A stretch of DNA of 64,000 nt, from assembly GCA_963833095.1 (NCBI GenBank), contig CAWHWQ010000002.1, positions 275,094 through 339,093 of the forward strand, in the 5' to 3' direction. This document shows, piece by piece, positions 20,087 through 29,855 of this stretch. The stretch is from Vulcanimicrobiota bacterium. Its GTDB lineage: Bacteria > Vulcanimicrobiota > Vulcanimicrobiia > Vulcanimicrobiales > Vulcanimicrobiaceae. The position numbers were made by a program, and so were the translations under genes. The first letter of the stretch is position 1, and the number at the start of each line of letters is the position of its first letter. The notes under the pieces were generated by a model. That model was not told the DNA's origin. It saw only the letters and a program-made list of their open reading frames with translations, and did no database searches.

Positions 20087-20378
20087 ATTGTCCTCTGTTG
20101 TCTAGGAACGCCCTTTGAGACGCGCTGCAAGCGCACCTTACTCTGACGGGACGCGTCTCCGCGTCTAAACGACGGCACATGGCCACCAACCGTGAACGGG
20201 GCTCCTGGTAGAAATCTTAAAACGCCTGCGAAGTTCCGGAGAGCCACCAAGCAGACCTGCCAAGGAGTCAAAGAGCCATTGGACCCTCGACATCGTGGCC
20301 CATATGGTCCATGATGCAAAGGAGACGTCCCGCGTGCCTTATGAGCCGCGCTTTTCGCCTATGACAGGGACCCCATAG

Positions 20379-21170
20379 ATGGCTGCTCCGTCGAACCGCC
20401 GGGTGTTTTTCCGCCAACCGATGTACCTGCGAATCGATCTGCGGGTCTCGGGGGTGCGCGCTCCGGTGGCAGCCACGCTGGTCGACCTCTCCGGCGGGGG
20501 CGGCATGGTCATCGCCCGCACCATGCTCAGGAACCAATTGGCGGTGGAGTTCGATCTCCCGCGGGAAGGCCAGCCCCATCTACGGCTCCCCGGGAAAATC
20601 CGCAAGGTTAGTTACTCAGCGGCCGACCGCAGTTTCAAGTATGCGGTCGAATTTGAGACCCTCGACCACGAGACGCGCGAGGCGCTCCTGCGTTTCATCA
20701 TCGATGAGCAGCGACGCACGATCAGTGTGGCGCGACGCGGCGATCACGCAACGGCAAAGCCGAAGCTCTCGCGGTTACAGGAGCAGCGCGCCCATCGCCG
20801 GATCGATGTCAACATTCCGGTTCGCATTTCGCTCGTTGACGTGCCCGGGTCGATGGAAGCCGTCGCGATCGACGTGAGCACCGGCGGCTGCCGCATCCTC
20901 ATCGAGCACGTGCTGCGCCAGGAGTGGGAGGTCATTCTCCGCTTCACCTTTCCCAATGACGTACTTCGCGCCCAGCAACCCGGGCGCGCCGATGGGCGCG
21001 CAGCCTCTCCGTTCCAAGAACTCAAGGTCAATGCGCGCGCACTTCCGGGCATCAAGCAATTGCGCGGGAAATATATTCAAAGCTTGGTTTGGGTGCATCC
21101 CGATCCGAAGATTACCGAAGAGATCAGCCGCTTCGTGCAGGCGGCTCAACTCGCATCGCTTCGAAAATAG
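20379..21170 (+). CDS. Tandem PilZ-domain c-di-GMP receptor
   Basis: Two RxxxR + DxSxGG pairs (RRVFFR..DLSGGG; RAHRR..DVSTGG). Confidence 0.88.
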   Translation: MAAPSNRRVFFRQPMYLRIDLRVSGVRAPVAATLVDLSGGGGMVIARTMLRNQLAVEFDLPREGQPHLRLPGKIRKVSYSAADRSFKYAVEFETLDHETREALLRFIIDEQRRTISVARRGDHATAKPKLSRLQEQRAHRRIDVNIPVRISLVDVPGSMEAVAIDVSTGGCRILIEHVLRQEWEVILRFTFPNDVLRAQQPGRADGRAASPFQELKVNARALPGIKQLRGKYIQSLVWVHPDPKITEEISRFVQAAQLASLRK

Positions 21171-21976
21171 GACGATTCGGATGGCCTGCATCGTGCAGCT
21201 ACGAGGTCAAAAGGCCATGGGTAGGCCCAGTTGGCTCGCTTGTAGAGTTCGACGTTCTTGCGCCGTCCGCCGATGTCGATCTCGGCGCGCACCAAATTGC
21301 GCAACGCCAGCAGCGGCATGACGTTCTCGAGTTCCAGTTGCCAAAAGCCGTGCAACTCCAGCTGCTCGAGTGAGTTGCACTGTGCGAGCGCTTCGACGCC
21401 GCGTAGTTCGCGAAGCTGCTCGAGCGCGAGCGTGTGCAGAGGAAGCGCCGCAAACGCGCGCGCATCGACCGGCGTTTCGATCCGCACGAGCCGCAATGCA
21501 CGGAGCGATCGCGGAAAATCCAGCGAGGTCAGGGCAACGCCCGAACATTCCAGCACTTCGAGCAGCGGATAGTCTCGCGTGAGTTCGCGCGGATCGAGCG
21601 AGCGTCCGCGGCCGGCAATGCGAAGGTAGCGCGAATCGGGCGGAAACGCTGGCTTCCAGCGATTGCGCACAACGAGCGGCGGAAGTTCGAGGTTGGCAAT
21701 TCCGAGGTGCGTTGCAACGATGCGCTCCGCATGCGCGGGGCCTATCCAACCGTTGCTCTTGTCATCCCGAGCGTAGGCGCGGAACGACGAAGTCACGGGA
21801 CGGATCACACGCCATCGATGGAGGACCAATGCGCGGTCGCCGACGCCCCGTAGCACGATATCGCCGATCGCGATATCGACCGTGTGATGCTCGCAATGCA
21901 GAATCGTCGCCGGCCTGGTTGAGCCGTCGCCGAGCGGGAGGGCGAATGAGTCGCCCGCGCGATAGGGAAGTTTCAC
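21146..21976 (-). CDS. Hypothetical protein with leucine-rich-repeat-like C-terminus; carries an in-frame REP insertion
   Basis: LEVLEC, LRALRL, LHTLAL and LEQLEL repeats; REP copy at 21759-21800. Confidence 0.6.
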   Translation of the reverse strand: MKLPYRAGDSFALPLGDGSTRPATILHCEHHTVDIAIGDIVLRGVGDRALVLHRWRVIRPVTSSFRAYARDDKSNGWIGPAHAERIVATHLGIANLELPPLVVRNRWKPAFPPDSRYLRIAGRGRSLDPRELTRDYPLLEVLECSGVALTSLDFPRSLRALRLVRIETPVDARAFAALPLHTLALEQLRELRGVEALAQCNSLEQLELHGFWQLELENVMPLLALRNLVRAEIDIGGRRKNVELYKRANWAYPWPFDLVAARCRPSESSYFRSDAS

Positions 21977-21978
21977 GC

Positions 21979-22596
21979 GTGCCCAAGTCGCGCAGCGGTG
22001 GACGGCGGTTCGATCACGACTACGGTGTTACCACACACGCCGTACTCTTCCTCACCGATCTCGATCCTGACGCGGTGGGTGACGCCGGGGCGCACGCGAC
22101 GCACTACGAAGCCGTCCCCGTCGCTGATTTTCGCGCGTTGCTCTCGCTCGTGCCAAGTGACACGATCGCGAGCGCAACCTTTGTCGACGTCGGCGCGGGC
22201 ATGGGCCGCGCGATGATCCTCGCCGCCGAGTACCCGTTCAAGCAAGTCTCCGGCATCGAACTCTCGCCCGGCCTCTACGAAGTCGCCAAAGAGAACCTTA
22301 CCATTGCGCGTGCCCGCGGCTTGCGCTGCCACGACATTCGACTTGTGCGCGGCGATGCACGCATCGCGAACTATCCACCCGGCGACCTGATCGTCTTTCT
22401 TTTCAATCCGTTCGACGGTGACGCGCTTGCCGTGACGTTGGCAAGTATTGCAAAGCGGCGCGACGCCGGCGAAACGTGGTTGCTCTATCACACACCAGTC
22501 GAGCGAGCGATCATCGACTCCACGCCGGGATGGAGGCTAGAAGCAGAAATAGCGTGTGGGATAGCGTACAGCGCGAGCGAAGCCGCGCGGCTCTAG
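21979..22596 (+). CDS. Class I SAM-dependent methyltransferase
   Basis: FVDVGAGMGR, GIELS, GDA and FLFNPF motifs; start uncertain. Confidence 0.85.
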   Translation: MPKSRSGGRRFDHDYGVTTHAVLFLTDLDPDAVGDAGAHATHYEAVPVADFRALLSLVPSDTIASATFVDVGAGMGRAMILAAEYPFKQVSGIELSPGLYEVAKENLTIARARGLRCHDIRLVRGDARIANYPPGDLIVFLFNPFDGDALAVTLASIAKRRDAGETWLLYHTPVERAIIDSTPGWRLEAEIACGIAYSASEAARL

Positions 22597-23730
22597 TCAA
22601 GCGTTGCCTAAAACGTCGCGGTCCTTTTGCGAGTAGATGTTGAGCAGCACGCCGACGGCGGCGAAGTCGGTAAGGATAGCCGAGCCGCCATATGACATAA
22701 ACGGCAGCGGAATACCGGTGATCGGCATGATACCGATCGTCATCCCGATGTTGACGAGAATGTGAAAGAAGAGCATCGCAACGATCCCCGAGGCAAGCAG
22801 AAACCCGAAACGATCGCGCGACGCGATCATCGTGCGAATTCCGCCGTAGAGGAGCATGCCGTAAAGCACCACCAGCGCCGCGGCACCCAAGAATCCGAAC
22901 TCTTCAGCCAGCACGGTAAAGATAAAGTCACGCGAATGTTCCGGAACGAAGTTGAGCTGTGTCTGCGTACCGTGATGTAAGCCTCGTCCGAACCACTCGC
23001 CGTTGCCGACCGCGATCTTAGACTGATTGAGATTGTAGCCCGCGCCCTGCGGATCGGCGTGCGGATTGAGGAAGACAAAGAGCCGAGCTTTTTGGAATGG
23101 TTTGAGAATCGCGTTGGTGCCGACGGCGGCCGCCCCTGCCGTCAGCACGGCCATCGCGTAGATCAAAAAGTCGCCGAGCTTGGGCAAGCCGAAAAAGAGT
23201 TGCACGGTAAGGATGGCGCCGATGACCAGCGAGGTTCCCAAATCCGGTTGCTTGAGGATCAAGAGCGCCGGAATCGCCGCGGTGAGTAGCGGCTTCCACA
23301 GGTCTTGAATGCGGTCGTAGGTATGACGGCAGAGCACGAACGCGATCGAGATCGCCAGCACAAGCTTGGCCGGCTCCGATGGTTGAAACGTGCCGAGCGG
23401 ACCGAGTGAGATCCAACGCTGCGCGCCAAGCGCCGAATGGCCGCCGCGCAAAATAAAACCCAACAAGAGAAGATTGACGATGTACAGGCCGGGCGCCCAG
23501 CGTCGCCAGTTGCGGTAGTCGACGAGCGAGAAACCGAACATCAACGGCACGCCGAGCAAGATGTAGAGAAATTGCTTTTTATATTCGCCCGCCGCGTCGG
23601 GGTCGTGCAGATCGGCGGACTGAATGCAGAGCACGCCAAGGATCGCGATGAGCAGCGGGGCGATCGCGAGCGGCCAATTGAAGTTGCGCACGAAGCGCCG
23701 GGAATCGATACCGAGGGAGAGGACCGCCAT
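22597..23730 (-). CDS. rodA: Rod shape-determining protein RodA
   Basis: GAQRWI, QPSE.AK, KQPDLGT, PEHSRDFIF and TGIPLPFMSYGGS motifs. Confidence 0.95.
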   Translation of the reverse strand: MAVLSLGIDSRRFVRNFNWPLAIAPLLIAILGVLCIQSADLHDPDAAGEYKKQFLYILLGVPLMFGFSLVDYRNWRRWAPGLYIVNLLLLGFILRGGHSALGAQRWISLGPLGTFQPSEPAKLVLAISIAFVLCRHTYDRIQDLWKPLLTAAIPALLILKQPDLGTSLVIGAILTVQLFFGLPKLGDFLIYAMAVLTAGAAAVGTNAILKPFQKARLFVFLNPHADPQGAGYNLNQSKIAVGNGEWFGRGLHHGTQTQLNFVPEHSRDFIFTVLAEEFGFLGAAALVVLYGMLLYGGIRTMIASRDRFGFLLASGIVAMLFFHILVNIGMTIGIMPITGIPLPFMSYGGSAILTDFAAVGVLLNIYSQKDRDVLGNA

Positions 23731-23742
23731 TGCGTCGAGCGA

Positions 23743-24093
23743 TCAGTGCGCGGTCGCGGGACTTTGCGACGGCGGCTTCTTTCGCCGGCGACGCCGTGGC
23801 GGCGGCCCGGACTGCGCCGGTGGCTGCGGCGGCGGACTGGGCCGATTGACCGAAACGATCGGAATATTCGCAAGCATCGCAAGCGCCCGGTCCTCACGTT
23901 CGAAGTTCACTTCGACTTTGTCGCGATCGACTTCGACGTAGCGGGAGATCACGTCGACGAGATCGCGCTTCATGTTCTCGATGATATCGGGCGCGAGCGC
24001 AAGGTGATCGGTCATCAGCACGAGGCGCAGCCGCTCTTTTGCAGTCGAGCTCGACGTCGGACCGCCGAACATCTTTTTGACCCAGTCGATCAT
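23743..24093 (-). CDS. minE: Cell division topological specificity factor MinE
   Basis: SSTAKERLRLVLMTD...DLVDVISRYV...LANIPI; Pro/Arg-rich tail. Confidence 0.93.
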   Translation of the reverse strand: MIDWVKKMFGGPTSSSTAKERLRLVLMTDHLALAPDIIENMKRDLVDVISRYVEVDRDKVEVNFEREDRALAMLANIPIVSVNRPSPPPQPPAQSGPPPRRRRRKKPPSQSPATAH

Positions 24094-24929
24094 GCGCGCT
24101 TCCCTCCGAAGATCGAGCCGAGCTTGTCCATGAACGACTCTTTGAGTTCGGGGGACGGCGCGGGCACGTCTTCGCCCGCGACACGCGCGGCAATCGCGTG
24201 GTACGCGCTCGCGGTCTCGCCCTCGTGGCGCAGTGCAAGCGGTTCGCCTCGGTTGGTGGTAATGATAATCTCCGGTTCGTCGGCAATGACGCCTAGCAGC
24301 GGCAGGCGCAGGATTGCGTTGACATCTTCGACCGAGAGCATCTTGCCCTTCTTTACCAACTGCGGGCGCAGACGATTGATGATCAACTGCGGCTTGAAGC
24401 GGTTGCCGAGCAAGCCAACCACGCGGTCAACGTCGCGGACCGCCGAAACCTCGGGCGTGCAGACAACGATTGCTTCGTCAGCACCGACGATGGCGTTCTT
24501 GAAGCCCTGCTCGATGCCGGCCGGACAGTCGATCAACACGTAGTCGAAACGTTCGCGAAGCCCCTGAACGAGCGCGCGCATCTTCTCGGTGTCAACTTCG
24601 TCTTTCTCGCGCGACTGCGCAGCAGCAAGAAGCACCAAGGTCTCGCTGTGCTTGTCGGGCACGAGCGCCTCGTCGAGCGAGACCTTGTCCTCGAGCACGT
24701 CGAGCAAATGGTATTTCACGCGACTCTCGAGTCCGAGCACGATGTCGAGATTGCGCAGCCCGACGTCGGCATCGATCAAGGCGACGCGCGCCCCCCGCTG
24801 CGCAAGCGCGGTGCCCAAATTGGCAGTAGTCGTCGTTTTGCCGACGCCGCCCTTGCCCGAGGTCACGACGATCGCCCGCCCGAGCTTCGCTGCGGGAGTT
24901 GCGACTTCATGAGGAACTGGTTGGTGCAT
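24090..24929 (-). CDS. minD: Septum site-determining ATPase MinD (copy 2)
   Basis: TSGKGGVGKTT, DADVGLRNLD, DCPAGIE, TPEVSAVRD and a C-terminal amphipathic helix; start placed at 24929. Confidence 0.93.
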   Translation of the reverse strand: MHQPVPHEVATPAAKLGRAIVVTSGKGGVGKTTTTANLGTALAQRGARVALIDADVGLRNLDIVLGLESRVKYHLLDVLEDKVSLDEALVPDKHSETLVLLAAAQSREKDEVDTEKMRALVQGLRERFDYVLIDCPAGIEQGFKNAIVGADEAIVVCTPEVSAVRDVDRVVGLLGNRFKPQLIINRLRPQLVKKGKMLSVEDVNAILRLPLLGVIADEPEIIITTNRGEPLALRHEGETASAYHAIAARVAGEDVPAPSPELKESFMDKLGSIFGGKRA

Positions 24930-24936
24930 CGAATGA

Positions 24937-25728
24937 TTACCCCGCCTTGAGAGCGCCGAAGAGTTTGCCGAAGAAGCCTTGCGCGTCGAAGGTCGTGAAC
25001 GGCACCATCTCGCCTTCGAGACGCCGCGCGATCTTCTCGTAAATGCCGCCCAGCCGCGCGGCCGGATCGAGCACAATCGGCTCGCCGCGGTTCGTGGTGT
25101 CGATAACCTCGGGATCTTCGGGGATCACCCCGACGAGCTCGACGGCGAGAATCTCGCAGACGTCTTCGACCGAAAGCATGTCGCCGGTACGCACCATCTC
25201 AGGGCGCAGGCGATTGAGAATCAATCGGATCGGCAGCCCGCGGTCGTTGAGTTTGCCCACCACGCGATCGGCATCGCGAATCGCGCTGACTTCCGGCGTC
25301 GTGACGACGATTGCTTCCTTAGCGCCGGCGACCGCATTACGGAAACCGCCTTCGATGCCGGCCGGGCAATCGATCAGAACGTAGTCGGCATTTTGCGCGA
25401 TCTCTGCTACCACCGCCTCGAATTGCGACTCGGTGATCGCGTCTTTGTCGCGGGTTTGCGCGGCCGGAAGAATCGAGAGCGATTCGAAGCGCTTATCCTT
25501 GATGAGCGCCTGGCGCAGTTGGCAGCGTCCCTCCACGACTTCGACCAAATCGAACACGATTCGCTTCTCAAGACCCAGCACGAGATCGAGATTGCGCAGT
25601 CCGATGTCGGCATCGACCAACACCACACGCAATCCGCGTTTCGCGAGCGCGGCGCCAAGATTTGCCGTGGTCGTGGTCTTACCCACGCCACCCTTGCCCG
25701 ACGTGATGACGATGCGACGTCCTGACAT
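24937..25728 (-). CDS. minD: Septum site-determining ATPase MinD (copy 1)
   Basis: TSGKGGVGKTT, DADIGLRNLDLVLGLE.RIV, DCPAGIE and C-terminal FFGKLF. Confidence 0.95.
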   Translation of the reverse strand: MSGRRIVITSGKGGVGKTTTTANLGAALAKRGLRVVLVDADIGLRNLDLVLGLEKRIVFDLVEVVEGRCQLRQALIKDKRFESLSILPAAQTRDKDAITESQFEAVVAEIAQNADYVLIDCPAGIEGGFRNAVAGAKEAIVVTTPEVSAIRDADRVVGKLNDRGLPIRLILNRLRPEMVRTGDMLSVEDVCEILAVELVGVIPEDPEVIDTTNRGEPIVLDPAARLGGIYEKIARRLEGEMVPFTTFDAQGFFGKLFGALKAG

Positions 25729-25729
25729 G

Positions 25730-26524
25730 TTATCCGGCTACCTCCGCTGCCTTGGAAAATGGTGCGATCGCGATCCGCCCGTCACGCACAAACGCTACCT
25801 CGGGTTCCGACGAAGTGCGCGCATGCTCCTCGTCGACGGCGATCACACTTGCAATACGCAATTGCGTGGCGTGCAATTGCAACGCGTAGACTTTTGCTTC
25901 ACTATCGCCTTGCGCGCCGGCGTGCGCAACACCGAGCAAGCGTCCGAAGACGACGATATCGCCGGTTGCGACGAGTTCGGTTCCTGGGTTGACGTCGCCG
26001 ACGACGACGATGTTCCCAGCATGGTGCAAGGCTTGCCCACCGCGCAGCGTTCCGACGTGATACAGCGTACCGGGCGGCGGCGGCGGCGCGACTTGCAACG
26101 CAGACCCTGCGGCTGCCGCTGCAGCAGCGCTTGCATTCGCGCGCCGGACGCTGGTCTCGCCGCGTTTGCGCCGCTCGGCGATATCGGCGCGCGCGCCGTC
26201 AAAGTCGGCGACGAGCGATCGCGCCGCGTCCGAAAGCTTGAGCTCGCGTTTGGGACGCAGAGCCCGTCGCCGAGCCAACTCCTGCGCGTCGGGCGCCTGG
26301 GCCACGGCGCGCAGCTCGATGCCCGCCTCGCCCAGCACGGTGCGCAGCGTTTCGACTTGCTCGTCGGTAAGGGGCGATTCACCCAGGACGACTCTCGCCG
26401 TGGTTCCGCGATAGAAGTCGGCCCGCTCGCCAAGGCGAGCAGACAGTTCAGCAACTGCCGCGTCGAAATCCCAACCGGCGAGATGGACTTCGAGGCCGAG
26501 GCCTCGCCCGCGAATCAAGGACAT
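25730..26524 (-). CDS. minC: Septum site-determining protein MinC
   Basis: TLRGGQ..HHAGNIVVVGDVNPG.ELVATGDIVVFGRLLGVAHAG; GGAGG RBS before ATG 26524. Confidence 0.93.
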   Translation of the reverse strand: MSLIRGRGLGLEVHLAGWDFDAAVAELSARLGERADFYRGTTARVVLGESPLTDEQVETLRTVLGEAGIELRAVAQAPDAQELARRRALRPKRELKLSDAARSLVADFDGARADIAERRKRGETSVRRANASAAAAAAAGSALQVAPPPPPGTLYHVGTLRGGQALHHAGNIVVVGDVNPGTELVATGDIVVFGRLLGVAHAGAQGDSEAKVYALQLHATQLRIASVIAVDEEHARTSSEPEVAFVRDGRIAIAPFSKAAEVAG

Positions 26525-26710
26525 TGGCCTCCGTTTCAGACGCCCGCGGCGAGCGGCCCTTCGCGAATCCACAGGGACTCGCAAGTTCTTCCGGTTATAC
26601 ACACATCGTACACACTTCGTAACGGGGCACGCTCGTGGCCCGTTGTATGGGAGTCGAGCCCGCCATAACGTAACATTGATGGGGACCCACCGGTAAAGGA
26701 CGTCAAACCT

Positions 26711-28723
26711 ATGTTCCGCCGCATCAGCGCCTTTCTGACCATGTTGCTGCTCATTGGTGCCATATGCCCGGCACCTGTTCGCGCGACCTCAACCCAGACC
26801 GAGGTCGAGATGGGCCGTTCGGAAGACGAGCAGATCGTCGACACCAGCGTCGTCGAAACCGATCCGCTCATGAACGCCTACGTGCAAAAGATCGCGGGCA
26901 ACGATTGGAAGCAAGTCGAGCGCAAAGACGTCCCCTACAACATCAAGATTCTCAAAGACACCGAAGTCAACTCGTTTGCGACGATGGGCGGCTACATCTA
27001 TATCAATGAAGGCCTGATCGATTTCGTCCAATCCGACGACGAACTCGCGGGCGTGATCGGCCATGAAACCGGGCACATCGAGCGCCGCCACGTGCTCACC
27101 TCGCAATCCAAACTCGAAGCGCTCAACCTGCTCTTCGGCCTGGCCTCCATGCTCTCGCCCATCATCTACGAATTCGGGAATCTCATGGAGGCAGGCGCAT
27201 TCGCGAAGATTGAGCGAGCCGACGAATTGCAGGCCGATCGCACCGGCTTACAATTGATGTCGCGGGCGGGCTACGATCCCGACAACATGAAGACGATGAT
27301 GGAACACTTGGGCGTGCTTGAAGACGAGCACAGCGACATGGTCACCAAGTATCTCGAGGACCATCCCAATCCCAAGGCGCGCGTCGCGCATTTGGATGGG
27401 TATCCCGAACTCGATCCGACCAAGGTGACCGAAGATCAGCGCGTCGTGCAAGCGGCATCCGACCGCGAACGCGGACGTTATGAATTCTCATCACTGAAGT
27501 TCCAGCAAATCCTCAAAACCGATCCCAGCAATGCAGAAGCCTTGCTCGGTCTCGGCCAAGATCAAATCGCGCTAGGCTTCCCGAACAAGAGCCAGCAGAC
27601 GCTCGCGGAGGCGGCGCAAATCGGTTCGCCGCAGACCAAGGCGCTGGCCGAGCAAAAGATTTCGGACCTGCGCGAAGTGCAGGCGCAGCGCGTCACGCTG
27701 ACCGCTCCCAATCTAGGTGGATTGCGCACCCAGTTCGCCGATGCGCAGACAGCACAGGCCGCAGCCAATGCGGCGATCGCCGCGCGTCACGATCAGGGGA
27801 AGGATCAGCTCAAACAACTGCGGACGCGTACCGACGCTTTGCAATACGAAGTTCCGAATTTCGGCAACCTCAACATCCCGCACGGCTCAAAGCTCGAGTC
27901 CGTCTTCAAGAATGTGATGTTGATGGGCCGCTCGCTCAACAGCGCCCTCGAGGACGCCAGTACGACGATCAACGGCGTTGGCTCCCTCGACCGCAATAAG
28001 CAATCGGGATTGCTCAAAGAGAGCAACACCATCCTCGATGAGATGCAGCAGACGCTCAATTCAACGCCAATCCCGACCGACCAGATCGCGATCTTGCCGT
28101 CGTATCCGGCCATCTTCAATGAGTTGCGCCACGCCGATAGCGATATGATTCGTAGCGTCGACGCCGCGCGGGCATCGCTGACCACGCTCGACCAGGCGTT
28201 GGGTGACGTGGACGAATTCTTTCGCGAACTCAACCGCACGCAACCGAACTATCGCGGCGATTTCGGTCAGTCGCAATTCAACGACCTTCAGCCGCTGATG
28301 CAAAAGGCGATGACCGACCTCGACGCAGCGGCGACGCAAGCCTCGCAGGCGGCGCAACTCTACAACATGGCACGCACTCGCCAGCTTTCGTCGCGGATCA
28401 CGCTGCTGGGCGTGGGCACCTCACCGGAGCGCTACGCCTCGCTACAGTACGTACTGCAACAACGCTTCGGTATGAACGGTATACCATACCAAGAGATGCT
28501 TCACGATGCGATCACGCCGGGTGACGTGGTCGTCGCTACGATCCTCGCCGCCGACATCAAGTCGACGCCCGAGGATATCGTGGATCAAATGGTGAGCGAG
28601 AAAAAGTCACCGGTCGATCTAGCCGACGAGCATGGTATGCATGCCTGGCCGCTGGAGATCTTCACCGGCCTCGTGTATCTTGACTACACCGACGATCCGG
28701 CAAAGGAAATGGCAACAACGTAA
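26711..28723 (+). CDS. M48-family metalloprotease with TPR and helical extension
   Basis: Signal peptide; NSFATMGG, ELAGVIGHETGH (HExxH), ELQAD and DHP motifs. Confidence 0.88.
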   Translation: MFRRISAFLTMLLLIGAICPAPVRATSTQTEVEMGRSEDEQIVDTSVVETDPLMNAYVQKIAGNDWKQVERKDVPYNIKILKDTEVNSFATMGGYIYINEGLIDFVQSDDELAGVIGHETGHIERRHVLTSQSKLEALNLLFGLASMLSPIIYEFGNLMEAGAFAKIERADELQADRTGLQLMSRAGYDPDNMKTMMEHLGVLEDEHSDMVTKYLEDHPNPKARVAHLDGYPELDPTKVTEDQRVVQAASDRERGRYEFSSLKFQQILKTDPSNAEALLGLGQDQIALGFPNKSQQTLAEAAQIGSPQTKALAEQKISDLREVQAQRVTLTAPNLGGLRTQFADAQTAQAAANAAIAARHDQGKDQLKQLRTRTDALQYEVPNFGNLNIPHGSKLESVFKNVMLMGRSLNSALEDASTTINGVGSLDRNKQSGLLKESNTILDEMQQTLNSTPIPTDQIAILPSYPAIFNELRHADSDMIRSVDAARASLTTLDQALGDVDEFFRELNRTQPNYRGDFGQSQFNDLQPLMQKAMTDLDAAATQASQAAQLYNMARTRQLSSRITLLGVGTSPERYASLQYVLQQRFGMNGIPYQEMLHDAITPGDVVVATILAADIKSTPEDIVDQMVSEKKSPVDLADEHGMHAWPLEIFTGLVYLDYTDDPAKEMATT

Positions 28724-28727
28724 TATC

Positions 28728-29720
28728 ATGGCATCGGCACTAGGCGCACGCGATCTCTTCCGGCTCGTACGTAACGGCATCGACGTCAACAGCGTCCACG
28801 TGCGCATCCGCAAGCCGTTCCGTTTCCTATTGTGCGGAGATCATGCGCTCATTGGGCAGATGCGCGCCATGCTGCTTTCCGGTCATGCGGATGACTCAGT
28901 GCCCGATGATGCCGCGGCCTGTATCGAAACGATCTCGCCCAGCGCGCCGCTCATCACCGAGCCGAGCGAAGTGCGGGTGGTCATTTTCCTCGGCTATCCG
29001 GGCGATCGCGAGGGCGCGAACCTCGAACCGCTCAAGGTTCTGCGCGTGCCGATCCTTGCGCTGACGATCGATCCGCTCGAAACGCCGGCCGGACCTGCCG
29101 CCGTTCCCGCGCCGTCAACGGTCGGCGACTACGTCGTCAACGCGATCACCAAAGATGCGCTCAAGGGCCGCGTTTTCACGCACATCGTCGAGGCTTCGAA
29201 GGGCGTTGAGATCGCCGTAGGCCGTCGCCTTCCGCCGCTGCGCGAAACGGTCGCGGCCAAGCTGACGCGCGATGCTGCAAATAATTCGCTCAAAGTCGCA
29301 CTGGCAAGCGCCCTAGTCGATCACATTCCGGTCGTCGGCGTCGTGCTCGGCGCCTTTGCATCGGCCGGCGACATGGTGGCGATCACCGGATTTCAGATGA
29401 TGCTGCTGCTGCACATCGAGGCGACCTACGGCAAGGACCCCGACGTACAGCGCATGTGGAAACTGCTGCCGGTTATCGGCGGCGGCTTCGGCTGGCGCAC
29501 GCTCGCGCGTGAACTCGCCGGCTTCGTTCCGGTGGCGGGCGTCGCGATCAAGGGCGCCATCGCCTACGCCGGTACGATCGTCGTCGGCGAAAGCGTCACG
29601 TTCTTTTTAGAGCACGGCTCGCACATGAGTAAGGCGCAGGCCTCGCAGCTCTACGACCGCACCAAAGCCGACGCGCTACGCTTCGCCCGCGACCTCATCC
29701 TCCGCATCAAAAAGAAGTAA
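28728..29720 (+). CDS. DUF697/YcjF-like hypothetical membrane-associated protein
   Basis: C-terminal IPVVG...DMVAITGFQMMLLLHIEATYG...FVPVAGVAIKGAIAYAGT pattern. Confidence 0.6.
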   Translation: MASALGARDLFRLVRNGIDVNSVHVRIRKPFRFLLCGDHALIGQMRAMLLSGHADDSVPDDAAACIETISPSAPLITEPSEVRVVIFLGYPGDREGANLEPLKVLRVPILALTIDPLETPAGPAAVPAPSTVGDYVVNAITKDALKGRVFTHIVEASKGVEIAVGRRLPPLRETVAAKLTRDAANNSLKVALASALVDHIPVVGVVLGAFASAGDMVAITGFQMMLLLHIEATYGKDPDVQRMWKLLPVIGGGFGWRTLARELAGFVPVAGVAIKGAIAYAGTIVVGESVTFFLEHGSHMSKAQASQLYDRTKADALRFARDLILRIKKK

Positions 29721-29855
29721 CGCTCCTGTCATCCCGAGCGTAGCTGCGTAGCAGCGAAGTCGAGGGACCGGTGCAATCCCTTGTCATCATGAGCGTAGCC
29801 TCCCAATTGTCATCCCGAGCGTAGCTGCGTAGCAGCGAAGTCGAGGGACTGGCAA
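29717..29855 (+). repeat. Left REP array (two full copies and one partial) flanking the GIY-YIG gene
   Basis: TGTCATCCCGAGCGTAGCTGCGTAGCAGCGAAGTCGAGGGA at 29727 and 29808; partial copy at 29782. Confidence 0.93.

Noticed and set aside
23437..26668. Long antisense ORFs (e.g. 23437..24543, 25433..26668; likewise 33005..34240, 56988..57917)
   Set aside because: They are shadows of well-supported opposite-strand genes in high-GC DNA and carry no recognisable motifs.
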